Below are positions 1-12,459 of a DNA stretch of 64,000 bases, piece by piece (the first letter of the stretch is position 1; each line of letters opens with the position of its first letter). The translations under genes and the position numbers were made by a program. The stretch is from Nemertoderma westbladi (taxonomy: Eukaryota > Animalia > Xenacoelomorpha): the NCBI GenBank assembly GCA_032718475.1, contig JAUCBJ010001123.1, forward strand, positions 1 to 64,000, in the 5' to 3' direction. Under the pieces are notes generated by a model. It worked only from the letters and a program-made list of their open reading frames with translations. It ran no database searches and had not been told where the DNA came from.

Positions 1-51
1 TAACAGTAGCGTAATTCGCAAATAAATCTGTTAAACTTTTTGACCATCTGT

Positions 52-310
52 AATTCTAGTCGATTAAGATATCGTGGCACCCACCGATATACTTGAAAGA
101 CAAATTCTAGAATCAGTGGTTAACGTCCCCAGACAAGTTCTGGAATAAATCGGTGCCCATCCTAAATATTAATTTAATATTTATTAAAATCTGTAAAATT
201 CAGATCCGTTAACAATTCTAGTCGATTAAGATATCGTAGCCCTTACCGATACTCTTAAAAGACAAATTTCATAGAATTAAGGATCCTATGTCCCCAGACC
301 TGCTCTGGAA
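52..310 (+). repeat. Diverged direct repeat (~95 bp core, ~160 bp spacing) in the non-coding internal region
   Basis: aattctagtcgattaagatatcgt...aaagacaaatt...gtccccagac...tctggaat occurs at ~52-146 and ~214-310. Confidence 0.75.
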
Positions 311-1128
311 TCAAATTGTGTCAATTTTAACATCAAATAGTAAAATTCACGGGAATAAATTTAAATTCATATTCGAATGAATTTCATAAATTGTCATTTT
401 GTGCAATTTATAACATTCCCAAAATTCCAGTAATTAATAGATCATGGGAGCGGAGATTCATATTGAGTGTACTAGAGTGCGAGAATCTCCAATATATAGT
501 CAATAACCGATAAATTTTATAAAATCATGCATAAAGAGGATATTGACAATTAAAGAATTACTATTAAATAACATCCCAGATCTGTATGCATGAGAATTAC
601 CCTAATTCTACCGCTAGTTTTCCATAATGTCACCATGGCAACACCCACGCTAGAATTAGAAGCAAGTTAAAGGAACAATAAAAGGCTTGCCCCATTGCGT
701 AGCATAAGAGTATATATAGCGCACTATTAGTATCCAAGGATACATAGTAATAACGTGACATTCTGGAAGACACTGACTAACGGACAAATGGCATGCATGT
801 GTGCAGTAAGCAATGATTGTATGGAATTTGTGCGTTTATAGGTGAATGTTACTACTAAAGTGTGTTTACAGTAGCTAATCGCAATTGTAAAATAGCCCTA
901 ACTCTACCGAGATAACCTCAAGTGGATTCAAGCCTTTGGGACGGACAGTGGTGGGACTTGTGCCGGTTATCGTTGTCGTGCTGTTGCTACATGTTGGCGT
1001 AAACACTGCGACAGCGGTACATCGGCGCTGAGAAACCCACTGTCCGGGGGCAAAAGCCTAGTAGGCAGCGACGCCCGCTTGCCTAAAATATTAACTTATA
1101 TTGATATTAATAAACTCAGATAGCAGAT

Positions 1129-2577
1129 ATGACGGAATTGATAGAAGATGACCTTGGTATTAGAGAGTGATATACTCTACCTTTACAAGCGTTTGTGGAT
1201 AGCTTGATACGCGGTGAAGCCGATCCGACTATTACGGAGGACGATGGTCGTTATATCGAACCGCCGATGTCCCAAGAGCAACTTACGCGTGAATTGGACT
1301 ATTGAAAATTAACCGCTCGCTATACGCATCGTAATGGTACGTATATGGACTTCTTAACTACCGGCCATCCTATCGATTTACATGATACGGACGATGTAGA
1401 CACCGAAAGGGAAATGGTTCTATTTAAATATCATACCCAGCGGCGTCGTAACGATAAACCGAGAATAGATCACGAAAATTCTATTCGTAACAGACTGGGA
1501 AGACGAACCAATATGTCTAGAATCTGAGGAGATTCAGCCTATCGCGCTCGGAACAGCGACAACGATTACATCCTAGAATGGTATCAAAGTCCACAGTGTC
1601 TCACTGCGTACGATTATCGCCATGCCAACTATGTTTCTCGGCAACGTTGTCGGTTATGCGCATCGAGAGACCATGTTACGCCCATGGACACAAACGTCCG
1701 CTGTTCCTATTTCCACGAACAACCGGCGATGGAAATTTATTGCGCGTATTGCAGATTTAATAATTTGCACATTTTTGCGGTTTGCCCTCAATTTATGACT
1801 CAATGTCACCATTGTCAACTAAAGGGACATGCCAGTTTCGATTGCCCTTTTAATCACGATTTGGAAAGCGTAGATGAAATGATCACACTACGTTACATCA
1901 GAGCTTGGGAAGCGAACACTGATTTATATTGTGATTCGCGCCATCGCTATTATCCCGGACGCGCTTACGAAGGAGTTTATGCGTTACATCCTTATCTATT
2001 CGCTTCGGTTGAACAGAAATCACGCATATCAAGTTACGAGCTACTGAAGCGCGTCGGAGAATGTATTTCAACCAAATTCGTACGCAAATTTCTCAGGAGT
2101 GTTAATCCTAGCGACCTTCATTCCTATAACTTAATCAATCATATCCGTCAGGATCCGGACTATGGAGAATTGTTTGTTAACTCACACCCTGAGTTACAGG
2201 AAGTATATCGACGGCCTTACGAATACCGAGCCCGCGAACGCGAGTTGGAAAGAACCATTAAACCAAGGAAGTTTCTAACTGCCTATGGTCCACCCACGGC
2301 CCTCGTTCAGACCACTCGTAAAGGACCCGTAAGAGCGGCTGTCTTGAAACGAGCTCTCAAAGCCGTTAGACCCCTCTCCCCGGACGTTGATGTCAATCAA
2401 CCCGGTACTTCGACCGGCGGATATACCGATCGCAATCCCATACCTTCTGATGCAATCATATTGCACCCTTCACCCAGGAGTTATAGCCCTCCTCGTAAAG
2501 TGGCTCGCCCCAAAGAGAAAAGGACTCTTGCTAGCTTTAAAAAACTGCGTAAACGCCGTCCGCGCAAGAAAGACTAA
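1129..2577 (+). pseudogene. Accessory triple zinc-knuckle (CCHC) protein gene with three in-frame TGA stops
   Basis: One frame from ATG 1129 to TAA 2577, interrupted by TGA at 1168, 1303 and 1525 (joins track ORFs 1345-1527 and 1684-2577). Motifs CRLCASRDH, CAYCRFNNLHIFAVC, CHHCQLKGHASFDC; basic tail KKLRKRRPRKKD. Confidence 0.75.
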
Positions 2578-2655
2578 CTGTTTAGAGTATTTTTATATTT
2601 TAGAAACTGTGATTTTGTATATTTTATAGACTTAAATCCCATTTTCTGGGAGCGG

Positions 2656-3844
2656 TGTAAAAGCTTTTGTGGGATAACTGATACGTTTGCCTTTGCTGGC
2701 CAGTTCCCCCCCAGTCGCTAGAATACTCTCAAAGGGATTTATAACTAAAATAGTGCAAGCTACCAGCTTATTGGCTGATGTGCTGTACGGAGATATCTGG
2801 GCTCAGTTTAATCGGCCAACTAGCTTAGAGAGGTTGCCTTAGCCTTGCTGTTCGTGTCGGCCAATAGAATTTGCGTAGGCGTTGATTTCGACCTATCCCA
2901 GCGCTACTGAACTGAATTTCCTATCTCTATGCTCATCCTCTGTGTTGAACGGGGCTTCGTGGAATAAGAGTTTTTGGTATACTCGTATAGTGGTAGTAGT
3001 CATATGATTTTATATGATTCTGTTGTTGTGTTCCCATTTTCGCCATAACACCGGCTTTTGGGAAGAACTCTAGTAAAACTGCTTAAATTATCGAAAGTAT
3101 AAACTGTTACCTAACTCACGAATCCTACCGAATCTTAACTCACTATTAATCATATTGTTTGTACTGTTATTTACCGTCAGTTATTAATTGTACCTATTTG
3201 TTGATGGAAATATTGCTCTTTGGATAATACGGATAAATCTCCCAAATTTCCCAATTTTCTTGATACACTACAGGTTAGAGAGACGGGCTATACATAACAA
3301 TTGCGATTTATATTAATGTGGTGTGTATTGAATCTAATGTTATTTAGCAGACCCTACATGAGTCAATTGCTACTCTCTTTATGTGTGATCAAATATACTG
3401 ACGGTCGGCAGAATAGTGTGCATGATTGTGATTGGTAACAAAGTATTTCCTAAAGAATACGCTTTATACTTTAATCATAAGCAGTATCGTTGCGTTTAGT
3501 ATAAGTCCTAGTTCTGTTTAAATAGATAGAGCGCCACGTCCTAAAGGAACTGTTAATATTTCCCGAAAGCCAATAATATCTGTCAGAAATTAATTATTAA
3601 CGATCTATCGAATAATACAGTAGGTATACACTGCAACCTTACACTGCAATAATAAAATTTAAGCATCCGAATTCAGCCTCCCGGGTGTAGATCCATCGGG
3701 TGAATGATCGCGCATGGGCTGACTTCGGCTAATGTTTTGCGTATTAGCATAAAATATTGTCGTATGCTAAAGGTGTTTTAATTAACTAAAAGACATATAA
3801 ATTTTGGCAGGTTAAACTGCTAAAGGTCTTCAAAAGCGCGAACA
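2656..3844 (+). repeat. 3' LTR of family A element (~1.19 kb)
   Basis: Starts TGTAAAAGCTTTTG right after GGGAGCGG and ends GCGCGAACA. Both ends and the last ~450 bp resemble the solo LTR at 6601-8005. Confidence 0.7.
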
Positions 3845-4370
3845 GTTGTCGGAGGTTGAAGGAGTGGGTGGGGCAGGGTTGTCGGAGTTTAAAGGAGTGA
3901 GTAGGGCAGGGTTGTCGGAGTTTAAAGAAGTGAGTGGGGCATGGTTGTCGGAGGTTGAAGGAGTGGGTTTTCCAGGGTTGTCGGAAGTTGAAGAAGTGGG
4001 TGGGGCAGGGTCATTGCTGTTTAATCGAGTGGGTGGGGCAGGGTTGTCGGAGTTTAAAGGAGTGAGTGGGGCATGGTTGTCGGAGGTTGAAGGAGTGGGT
4101 GGGGCATGGTTGTCGGAGGTTGAAGGAGTGGGTGGGGCATGGTTGTCGGAGGTTGAAGGAGTGGGTGGGGCTGTGTCATTGGAGTTTAAAGGAGTGAGTG
4201 AGGCAGGGTTTTCGGAGTGTAAAGGAGTGAGTGGGGCAGGGTTGTCGGAGTTTAAAGGAGTGAGTGGGGCAGGGTTGTCGGAGGTTGAAGGAGTGGGTGG
4301 GGCAGGGTCTTTGGAGGTTGAAGGAGTGGGTGGGGCGAGGTCGTTGGATGAGGGTAGGGTTTGGGGGCAA
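3845..4370. repeat. 33-bp G-rich minisatellite (~16 units)
   Basis: Unit gttgtcggaggttgaaggagtgggtggggcagg with variants. Confidence 0.9.
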
Positions 4371-4916
4371 GGTTAACTGCGTCTGTTGTTGTTATGCAAA
4401 CCATGCGTTCATGGCATGACTTATTTGATACTTCAGATTTAACTACCACCAATGTTCTTGATATTGTTAAGGAGTTTACATGGTGCAGCAACTATGCTGA
4501 ACTTGCAGATTGCATCAGTGAGCAATCGGCAGTGAGTAACTGTGACAAGGTCTGTGTTGATTCTCAAGAAGATTAAAACAATCTATGCGATTCTGATACT
4601 GATACGGAAAATGTTTCAGGTAAAGATGATATGGAGTATGTATTTCCAATTTGAATTTATTGAATTTGAATTTTTGAAAGTATGAATTTGAATTTGAGTC
4701 AGAATCAGCTTATACAAATTATAGCAAGAAAACGAAACGTAACGTTCTTAACCTTCACATTTTGTGCTGATTTAGGAGAGAATAAGCCTGCCGTAACGGA
4801 TTTTAAATTCACTCCATAATGATTTCCTTATGCCATTATTATTATCAAACTGTGTGGATTTTCCCAATAATAAAGTAGTACAAAGCTTTCGTAAGAATGC
4901 GAAAATAAAATCATTA

Positions 4917-5374
4917 GGCCCCCCTCACACGGAGCAACTTGTTTCTGCAACTTGTTTCCGAAACTTGTTTCTGTGTGTGAAGACTCCAGCAACAAGTTTC
5001 TGCAACTTGTTTCCGCAACTTATTTCTGTGTGTGAGGGAGTCCAGCAACAAGTTGCTGGAAGTTATATTCCCAGCAACTTTTTGAAAAACTTTTATTACA
5101 TTCCATTTTGATACTAGCTAATATTAGATAATTTGAGTGATGTGATATTATATACAAATGACTGGACATGTTAGCTATTTATTTGGAAATAATTGATATT
5201 TTCTTCAGCAACAAGTTTCTGTGTGTGAGGGGGTCCAGCAACAAGTTGCAGAAACAAGTTTCGGAAACAAGTTGCTGAAACAAGTTGCAGCAACAAGTTT
5301 CTGTGTGTGAGGGGGTCCAGCAACAAGTTTCAGAAACAAGTTGCAGAAACAAGTTGCTCCGTGTGAGGGGGGCC
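4917..5374. mobile_element. MITE (PIF/Harbinger-like non-autonomous DNA transposon)
   Basis: TIRs of at least 42 bp (GGCCCCCCTCACACGGAGCAACTTGTTTC... / ...GAAACAAGTTGCTCCGTGTGAGGGGGGCC); internal caacttgtt repeats; TTA and TAA flanks. Confidence 0.8.
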
Positions 5375-5738
5375 TAAAGGAAAAGAAATTGAGATGCATT
5401 ACTGTTGCCAAAATAAATAATTATTTTCAAAAATAATTGTTGCTTTTTACTGTAGCCTGGGAGTGGCGAACTTATAGCATTAGAGGCGGGCAACAATGGT
5501 TAGTAGATAACCTCTCGTTTTGTCTGTAAGGGGCTTTTTGAGTCGAAACTACAAAGATGAAAGTCTAATATGATTGATATGTGGAAATAAAACGACAGTG
5601 GGTGTTGTTGAGCATCGAGCATAAATACAAACTAATTGATTTATCACGTTGATAAATACTAAAGTACTGTACAGCAAACCTCTGAGCATGAAAGTAACTA
5701 ATTTCTTACCCACCCTCAGCAAAAAGCTCGAATTAATG

Positions 5739-5938
5739 ATAAACTAATTAATGTCTGTTCGAGAACGGAATATACGGCTATAATACCTTCAGCAAATAAA
5801 TCATGTATAACTACTCCCTACTACTACTATAACTACTACGGCCTACGGCCTCAGTAGTTTAATTATGTAACAGATTAATTTGCTTCAGGTATTATATCCG
5901 TATATTCCGTTCTCGAACAGATAATAATTATAGTTTAT
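5739..5938. mobile_element. Short fold-back element / MITE relic
   Basis: tctgttcgagaacggaatatacggctataatacct is mirrored by aggtattatatccgtatattccgttctcgaacaga around a (cta)n spacer. Confidence 0.65.
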
Positions 5939-6600
5939 TTGGTATTGCTGAATGAAATCATAAAATAATGTGAAAAAATGGATATTTCAGGTTTAAACCA
6001 AGGCTATCGTAATATAAGGCTTGCTCACTACATTCTAGAATACCTCGATCAGCTGATATAAGAAGTCATACTTTTTGGTGTTTTATGATTGTTGTAGGCT
6101 AAAATAACAATATTACGTTATTAACGTAATATTGCGTTATATACGTTATTAAGTTATGTTACACGAGCTATAGAATAGAATAAAATAGATATAGAATATC
6201 AAATTGAAGAAGAAAGTCAATGCATTACAGGGCTTTGTGTCACTTTTGTTTATTAGGCTTGCAATTCGCATAAATATCCCATTAAATACTACTAAATATT
6301 TCAGCAATCTTTGCCGTGTTTTAATTGAAAATGGAGCATCAAGGATAGATATTAGGATAGATGTAGATCGGAAAACTGATTATACTGGGCAAATTTCTTC
6401 AAATTCTTTGCAGCGGTATAGGGTAATGATAATTTGTAAATGATAAGCAGTTTCGTATTATAGTTACTGTATATACGATAGTAACTCAATATCATCCTCG
6501 ATAAATCCTCTTCAAACTTCTTCCAGTCTGCAACTTCGATTTAAAGTACCAGTTTGACCAAGTTCAGAGGTTATGCATGGATTTACACCACTGCGCTGCA

Positions 6601-8005
6601 TGTTGAAGCTTTTGCGGCAAAAATATGTCGATTTTGTGCAATACTGACAGTACTGACATACTGACAATACTCTAAAACTGACAGTATCTCAAGAGATTTG
6701 AAAGCACATAAAACTTTTTGAAAAAGAAACAAAAATAAAACAAAAGTTTTGGTATAGAGCTCTAGCGATGAAATCACCAGCCATTGGTCAGTATTTCCTT
6801 TGTCCCGTAGCCTCTATGTTATTTTCCCGGCCAATCGGCACAATTTTCAATTTGCCAATTCTTGAAGCCTTGTTTACATATGAATATGTCGCAGTGCGGC
6901 AAAAATAATTCTTTATGACTTCTGCCCAAGACCATCAGCGGCTGGAGTGCTATAGATTATAGTAAATTAACTCGACACTCTACACAATTCACTATCAGTA
7001 CTTGCCGCATTCTGCAATCTTTGCTGCAGTCTGCAATCATCTGACTGTTGATTAACTGCCGGCACTACGTATTTTATACTGTTTTATACTGTTTTATACT
7101 GTTTTATACTGTTTTATACTGTTTTATACTGTTTTATACTGTTTTATACTGTTTTATACTGTTTTATACTGTTTTATACTGTTTTATACTGTTTTATACT
7201 GTTTTATACTGTTTTATACTGTTTTATACTGTTTTATACTGTTTTATACTGTTTTATACTGTTTTATACTGTTTTATACTGTTTTATACTGTTTTATACT
7301 GTTTTATACTGTTTTATACTGTTTTGTACTGTTTTATACTGTTTTATACTGTTTTATACTGTTTTATACTGTTTTATACTGTTATTCATTATTGTGTGGT
7401 AACATATTCAATGGATGTTTATATTTGGAGAATACGTATGAATAATCGATAATTTCCCCTAACTTTCTGTATTATTGAGGTAAGCAGAAGGGAACATTAG
7501 TAACAATTGCTTGGCCCAAATTACAGTGGTCTGTATGAACTTATGCTATTTCATAACCCCCAACGTACGTGAGCTAAATTTCTCCTTTTATATGAGTAAA
7601 ATTAGTACCAGTCGGCAAATTAACGTATTTCAGTATTATTGTCAGTAAATTGAGTGTTAGCGAATAATTACGCATTCCTAAAGAAAGTAAAACCGTGATG
7701 ACCTTTAACAACCGTTGTAATTAGTGTAAGTCATAGCTCTGTCTGATATTTAAAGCGCAGCATCTGAAAGGAACTGTTCATATTTCCCTGAAAATAAACA
7801 TAGTTTTTGGAGATTATGTAGTAGAGATCAATCGAATAATACAAATTAGCCAACCCCTCACTCTAGAATTCAGTCTCCCACACACGGCGGGTCATACGCC
7901 GCGCTAGAATGGCTTCTGCTGTGGTCATATTTTGTGCGGGCTGTCAGATATCATAAGACACATAAATTAGCAGGTTAAACTGTTAAAGGTCTAAAAGCGC
8001 GAACA
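6601..8005 (+). mobile_element. Solo LTR related to the family A LTR
   Basis: TGTTGAAGCTTTTGCGG ... AAAAGCGCGAACA termini; diverged homology to 2656-3844. TSD is not clean (CTGCA vs TTGCT). Confidence 0.65.
7071..7384. repeat. 10-bp tandem repeat (gttttatact) x ~31 inside the solo LTR
   Basis: Directly visible. Confidence 0.97.
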
Positions 8006-8545
8006 TTGCTATTGTTTTAGGTATTACAGGTGATAATTTATCTGTGAATAAAAGTTTTTTAAAAAGTTTGAAAAAGATCCAACGCGTCCGTAAATCTGCC
8101 GATCTTTAATAAAATCGTAACGATTTAATAATTCTTCGGTAAATAATTCCTCTGTAAATAAATATTCTGTAAATAATTCTTCTTAATAGTGATCCTGTGC
8201 ACGCTTTCAAGTGCATAAGAAACAATTTCCTTACTGAGGTTACCCAACAACTGAAGTTATTTATTATAGAAGACTCTTGTCAAATGCAGGTACCGACTGC
8301 CAAGTGGAGCGATTTAAGAAATCTGTTATATCTCGAGAGAAATTACATTGTGGAGTTATCTAACTTACAGAAAGATCACCAAACAATTTAGATAAACAAA
8401 ATGTCAAACTGACTCTTCAAGTGTTTTGTGATGAGAATGTATCAGCATTAACGACTAGCACAATTTCAACAGATTCATGGAAGGAGACTGCTTTATTCAT
8501 TCAATCTGTTGATATGTTCTGGAACATTATTAATATACAAACTTA

Positions 8546-11500
8546 TTTCGGGTTTTAAAACGCTCTAGAGATCCCAACCGAGCATCTTTCGGGTTTAAAC
8601 GCTCTAGAGATCCCAACCGAGCACCTTTCGGGTTTAAACGCTCTAGAGATCCCAACGTAGCACCTTTCGGGTTTAAACGCTCTAGAGATCCCAACCGAGC
8701 ACCTTTCGGGTTTAAACGCTCTAGAGATCCTAACCGAGCACCTTTCGGGTTTAAACGCTCTAGAGATCCCAACCGAGCACCTTTCGGGTTTAAACGCTCT
8801 AGAGATCCTAACCGAGCACCTTTCGGGTTTAAACGCTCTAGAGATCCCAACCGAGCACCTTTCGGGTTTAAACGCTCTAGAGATCCTAACCGAGCACCTT
8901 TCGGGTTTAAACGCTCTAGAGATCCCAACCGAGCACCTTTCGGGTTTAAACGCTCTAGAGATCCCAACCGAGCACCTTTCGGGTTTAAACGCTCTAGAGA
9001 TCCCAACCGAGCACCTTCCGGGTTTAAACGCTCTATAGATCCCAACCGAGCACCTTTCGGGTTTAAACGCTCTAGAGATCCCAACCGAGCACCTTTCGGG
9101 TTTAAACGCTCTAGAGATCCCAACCGAGCACCTTTCGGGTTTAAACGCTCTAGAGATCCTAACCGAGCACCTTTCGGGTTTAAACGCTCTAGAGATCCCA
9201 ACCGAGCACCTTTCGGGTTTAAACGCTCTAGAGATCCCAACCGAGCACCTTTCGGGTTTAAACGCTCTAGAGATCCCAACCGAGCACCTTCCGGGTTTAA
9301 ACGCTCTAGAGATCCCAACCGAGCACCTTTCGGGTTTAAACGCTCTAGAGATCCCAACCGATCACCTTTCGGGTTTAAACGCTCTAGAGATCCCAACCGA
9401 GCACCTTTCGGGTTTAAACGCTCTAGAGATCCCAACCGAGCACCTTTCGGGTTTAAACGCTCTAGAGATCCCAACCGAGCACCTTTCGGGTTTAAACGCT
9501 CTAGAGATCCCAACCGAGCACCTTTCGGGTTTAAACGCTCTAGAGATCCCAACCGAGCACCTTTCGGGTTTAAACGCTCTAGAGATCCCAACCGAGCACC
9601 TTCCGGGTTTAAACGCTCTAGAGATCCCAACCGAGCACCTTTCGGGTTTAAACGCTCTAGAGATCCCAACCGAGCACCTTTCGGGTTTAAACGCTCTAGA
9701 GATCCCAACCGAGCACCTTTCGGGTTTAAACGCTCTAGAGATCCCAACCGAGCACCTTTCGGGTTTAAACGCTCTAGAGATCCCAACCGAGCACCTTTCG
9801 GGTTTAAATGCTCTAGAGATCCCAACCGAGCACCTTTCGGGTTTAAACGCTCTAGAGATCACAACCGAGCACCTTTCGGGTTTAAACGCTCTAGAGATCC
9901 CAACCGAGCACCTTTCGGGTTTAAACGCTCTAGAGATCACAACCGAGCACCTTTCGGGTTTAAACGCTCTAGAGATCCCAACCGAGCACCTTTCGGGTTT
10001 AAACGCTCTAGAGATCCCAACCGAGCACCTTTCGGGTTTAAACGCTCTAGAGATCCCAACCGAGCACCTTTCGGGTTTAAACGCTCTAGAGATCCCAACC
10101 GAGCACCTTTCGGGTTTAAACACTCTAGAGATCCCAACCGAGCACCTTTCGGGTTTAAACGCTCTAGAGATCCCAACCGAGCACCTTTCGGGTTTAAACG
10201 CTCTATAGATCCCAACCGAGCACCTTTCGGGTTTAAACGCTCTAGAGATCCCAACCTAGCACCTTTCGGGTTTAAACGCTCTAGAGATCCCAACCGAGCA
10301 CCTTTCGGGTTTAAACGCTCTAGAGATCCCAACCGAGCACCTTTCGGGTTTAAACGCTCTAGAGATCCCAACCGAGCACCTTTCGGGTTTAAACGCTCTT
10401 AGAGATCCCAACCGAGCACCTTTCGGGTTTAAACGCTCTAGAGATCCCAACCGAGCACCTTTCGGGTTTAAACGCTCTAGAGATCCCAAAGGAGCACCTT
10501 TTGGGTTTAAACGCTCTATAGATCCCAACCGAGCACCTTTCGGGTTTAAACGCTCTAGAGATCCCAACCGAGCACCTTTCGGGTTTAAACGCTCTAGACA
10601 TCCCAACCGAGCACCTTTCGGGTTTAAACCTCTAGAGATCCCAATCGAGCACCTTTCGGGTTTAAACGCTCTAGAGATCCCAAAGGAGCACTTTTTGGGT
10701 TTAAACGCTCTATAGATCCCAACCGAGCACCTTTCGGGTTTAAACGCTCTAGAGATCCCAACCGAGCACCTTTCGGGTTTAAACGCTCTAGAGATCCCAA
10801 CCGAGCACCTTTCGGGTTTAAACGCTCTAGAGATCCCAACCTAGCACCTTTCGGGTTTAAACGCTCTAGAGATCCCAACCGAGCACCTTTCGGGTTTAAA
10901 TGCTCTAGAGATCCCAACCGAGCACCTTTCGGGTTTAAACGCTCTAGAGATCCCAACCGAGCACCTTTCGGGTTTAAACGCTCTAGAGATCTCAACCGAG
11001 CACCTTTCGGATTTAAACGCTCTAGAGATCCCAACCGAGCACCTTTCGGGTTTAAACGCTCTAGAGATCCCAACCGAACACCTTTCGGGTTTAAACGCTC
11101 TAGAGATCCCAACCGAGCACCTTTCGGGTTTAAACGCTCTAGAGATCCCAACCGAGCACCTTTCGGGTTTAAACGCTCTAGAGATCCCAACCGAGCACCT
11201 TTCGGGTTTAAACGCTCTAGAGATCCCAACCGAGCACCTTTCGGGTTTAAACGCTCTAGAGATCCCAACCGAGCACCTTTCGGGTTTAAACGCTCTAGAG
11301 ATCCCAACCGAGCACCTTTCGGGTTTAAACACTCTAGAGATCCCAACCGAGCACCTTTCGGGTTTAAACGCTCTAGAGATCCCAACCGAGCACCTTTCGG
11401 GTTTAAACGCTCTAGAGATCCCAACCGAGCACCTTTCGGGTTTAAACGCTCTAGAGATCCCAACCGAGCACCTTTCGGGTTTAAACGCTCTAGAGATCCC

Positions 11501-11847
11501 AACCGAGCACCTTTCGGGTTTAAACGTTCTAGAGATCCCAACTGAGCACCTTTCGGGTTTAAACGCTCTAGAGATCCCAACCGAGCACCATTCGGGTTTA
11601 AACGTTCTAGAGATCCCAACCGAGCACCTTTCGGGTTTAAACGCTCTAGAGATCCCAACCGAGCATCTTTCGGGTTTAAACGCTCTAGAGATCCCAACCG
11701 AGCATCTTTCGGGTTTAAACGCTCTAGAGATCCCAACCGAGCACCTTTCGGGTTTAAACGCTCTAGAGATCCCAACGGAGCACCTTTCGGGTTTAAACGC
11801 TCTAGAGATCCCAACCGAGCACCTTTCGGGTTTAAACGCTCTAGAGA
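8546..11847. repeat. 39-bp satellite (~85 units)
   Basis: Unit accgagcacctttcgggtttaaacgctctagagatccca, highly homogeneous; contains the palindromes GTTTAAAC and CTCTAGAG. Confidence 0.98.
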
Positions 11848-12459
11848 GGGAGACCTATTGAAATTACTATTACTAGTATAATGAATGGTCGACTAAAGCA
11901 GTCTCTAGGCGGGATTGAGGGACACATGTGACTGAAATATAAATTGATATTACCGCAGTATAAACTACTATAACTTGAGAGGGAATTGGGTTATTGCTAT
12001 CCTGGCCAATGGGAGATCGCGTGTGCTGCTCCGCCATTGGCTGTTGCCTAGATGATTGTTTGGATAGTTTGCTGATTATATCCCTCTCTCACTATGATGT
12101 GTTGGCAACGTGGAAGGCTTTGTGGTTGGCAAACACTTTTCCCACTTTGGTTAATACCTTATCTTGAGGTGACATATTGTTTTTTTTGGTGTGAAATCAT
12201 CTAATTTGGGGTGGCATTCAATTAGTGGCGGTATTTAATTGGTACAACCTCAAAGGGCAAACGAGCTGAGATCCCCGGTGGGAACCAGGCGTGCGACCTT
12301 AGATTCTCTACGCGAACTTAGATCCTGGGGTGATTAAAACTCAATACATTAGTAAAGAATAGTGCAAATTTCAGTCGATTAAAATGAGTGACAGAAAGTG
12401 TTTCTTTCAGATACTTTTTTTTCCTATCAAAGAACTATCGTGGCCCTGAGCGGCCAAAT

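Larger units (their letters stand above)
1..3844 (+). mobile_element. 3' portion of an LTR retrotransposon (family A, probably BEL/Pao-related), truncated by the window edge
   Basis: Accessory zinc-knuckle ORF homologous to 26620-28104, followed by GGGAGCGG (2648-2655) and a TGT...AACA-bounded LTR. This is the same layout as the 3' end of the complete element. Confidence 0.7.
6480..8545 (+). pseudogene. Degenerate P-element/THAP9-like transposase fragment, interrupted by a solo LTR
   Basis: Manual translation gives VLGITGDNLSVNKSFLKSL (~8014), DPVHAFKCIRNNFL (~8190), KQNVKL..VF and TALFIQSVDMFWNIIN (~8490-8535). These resemble P-transposase core motifs; stops and frameshifts are present. Confidence 0.6.

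Noticed and set aside
1168-1527. Three in-frame TGA codons as selenocysteine or an alternative genetic code
   Set aside because: Simple CGA/TGG>TGA decay is sufficient; the homologous ORF B and the other long ORFs have no internal TGA
3846-4376. Gly/Glu-rich 176-aa ORF
   Set aside because: Translation of a 33-bp minisatellite with a non-ATG start
8530-11814. Repeat ORFs, CRISPR-like appearance, and polylinker-like PmeI/XbaI sites
   Set aside because: Head-to-tail repeats without spacers, no cas genes, eukaryotic context; the monomer is explained by transposase-derived sequence
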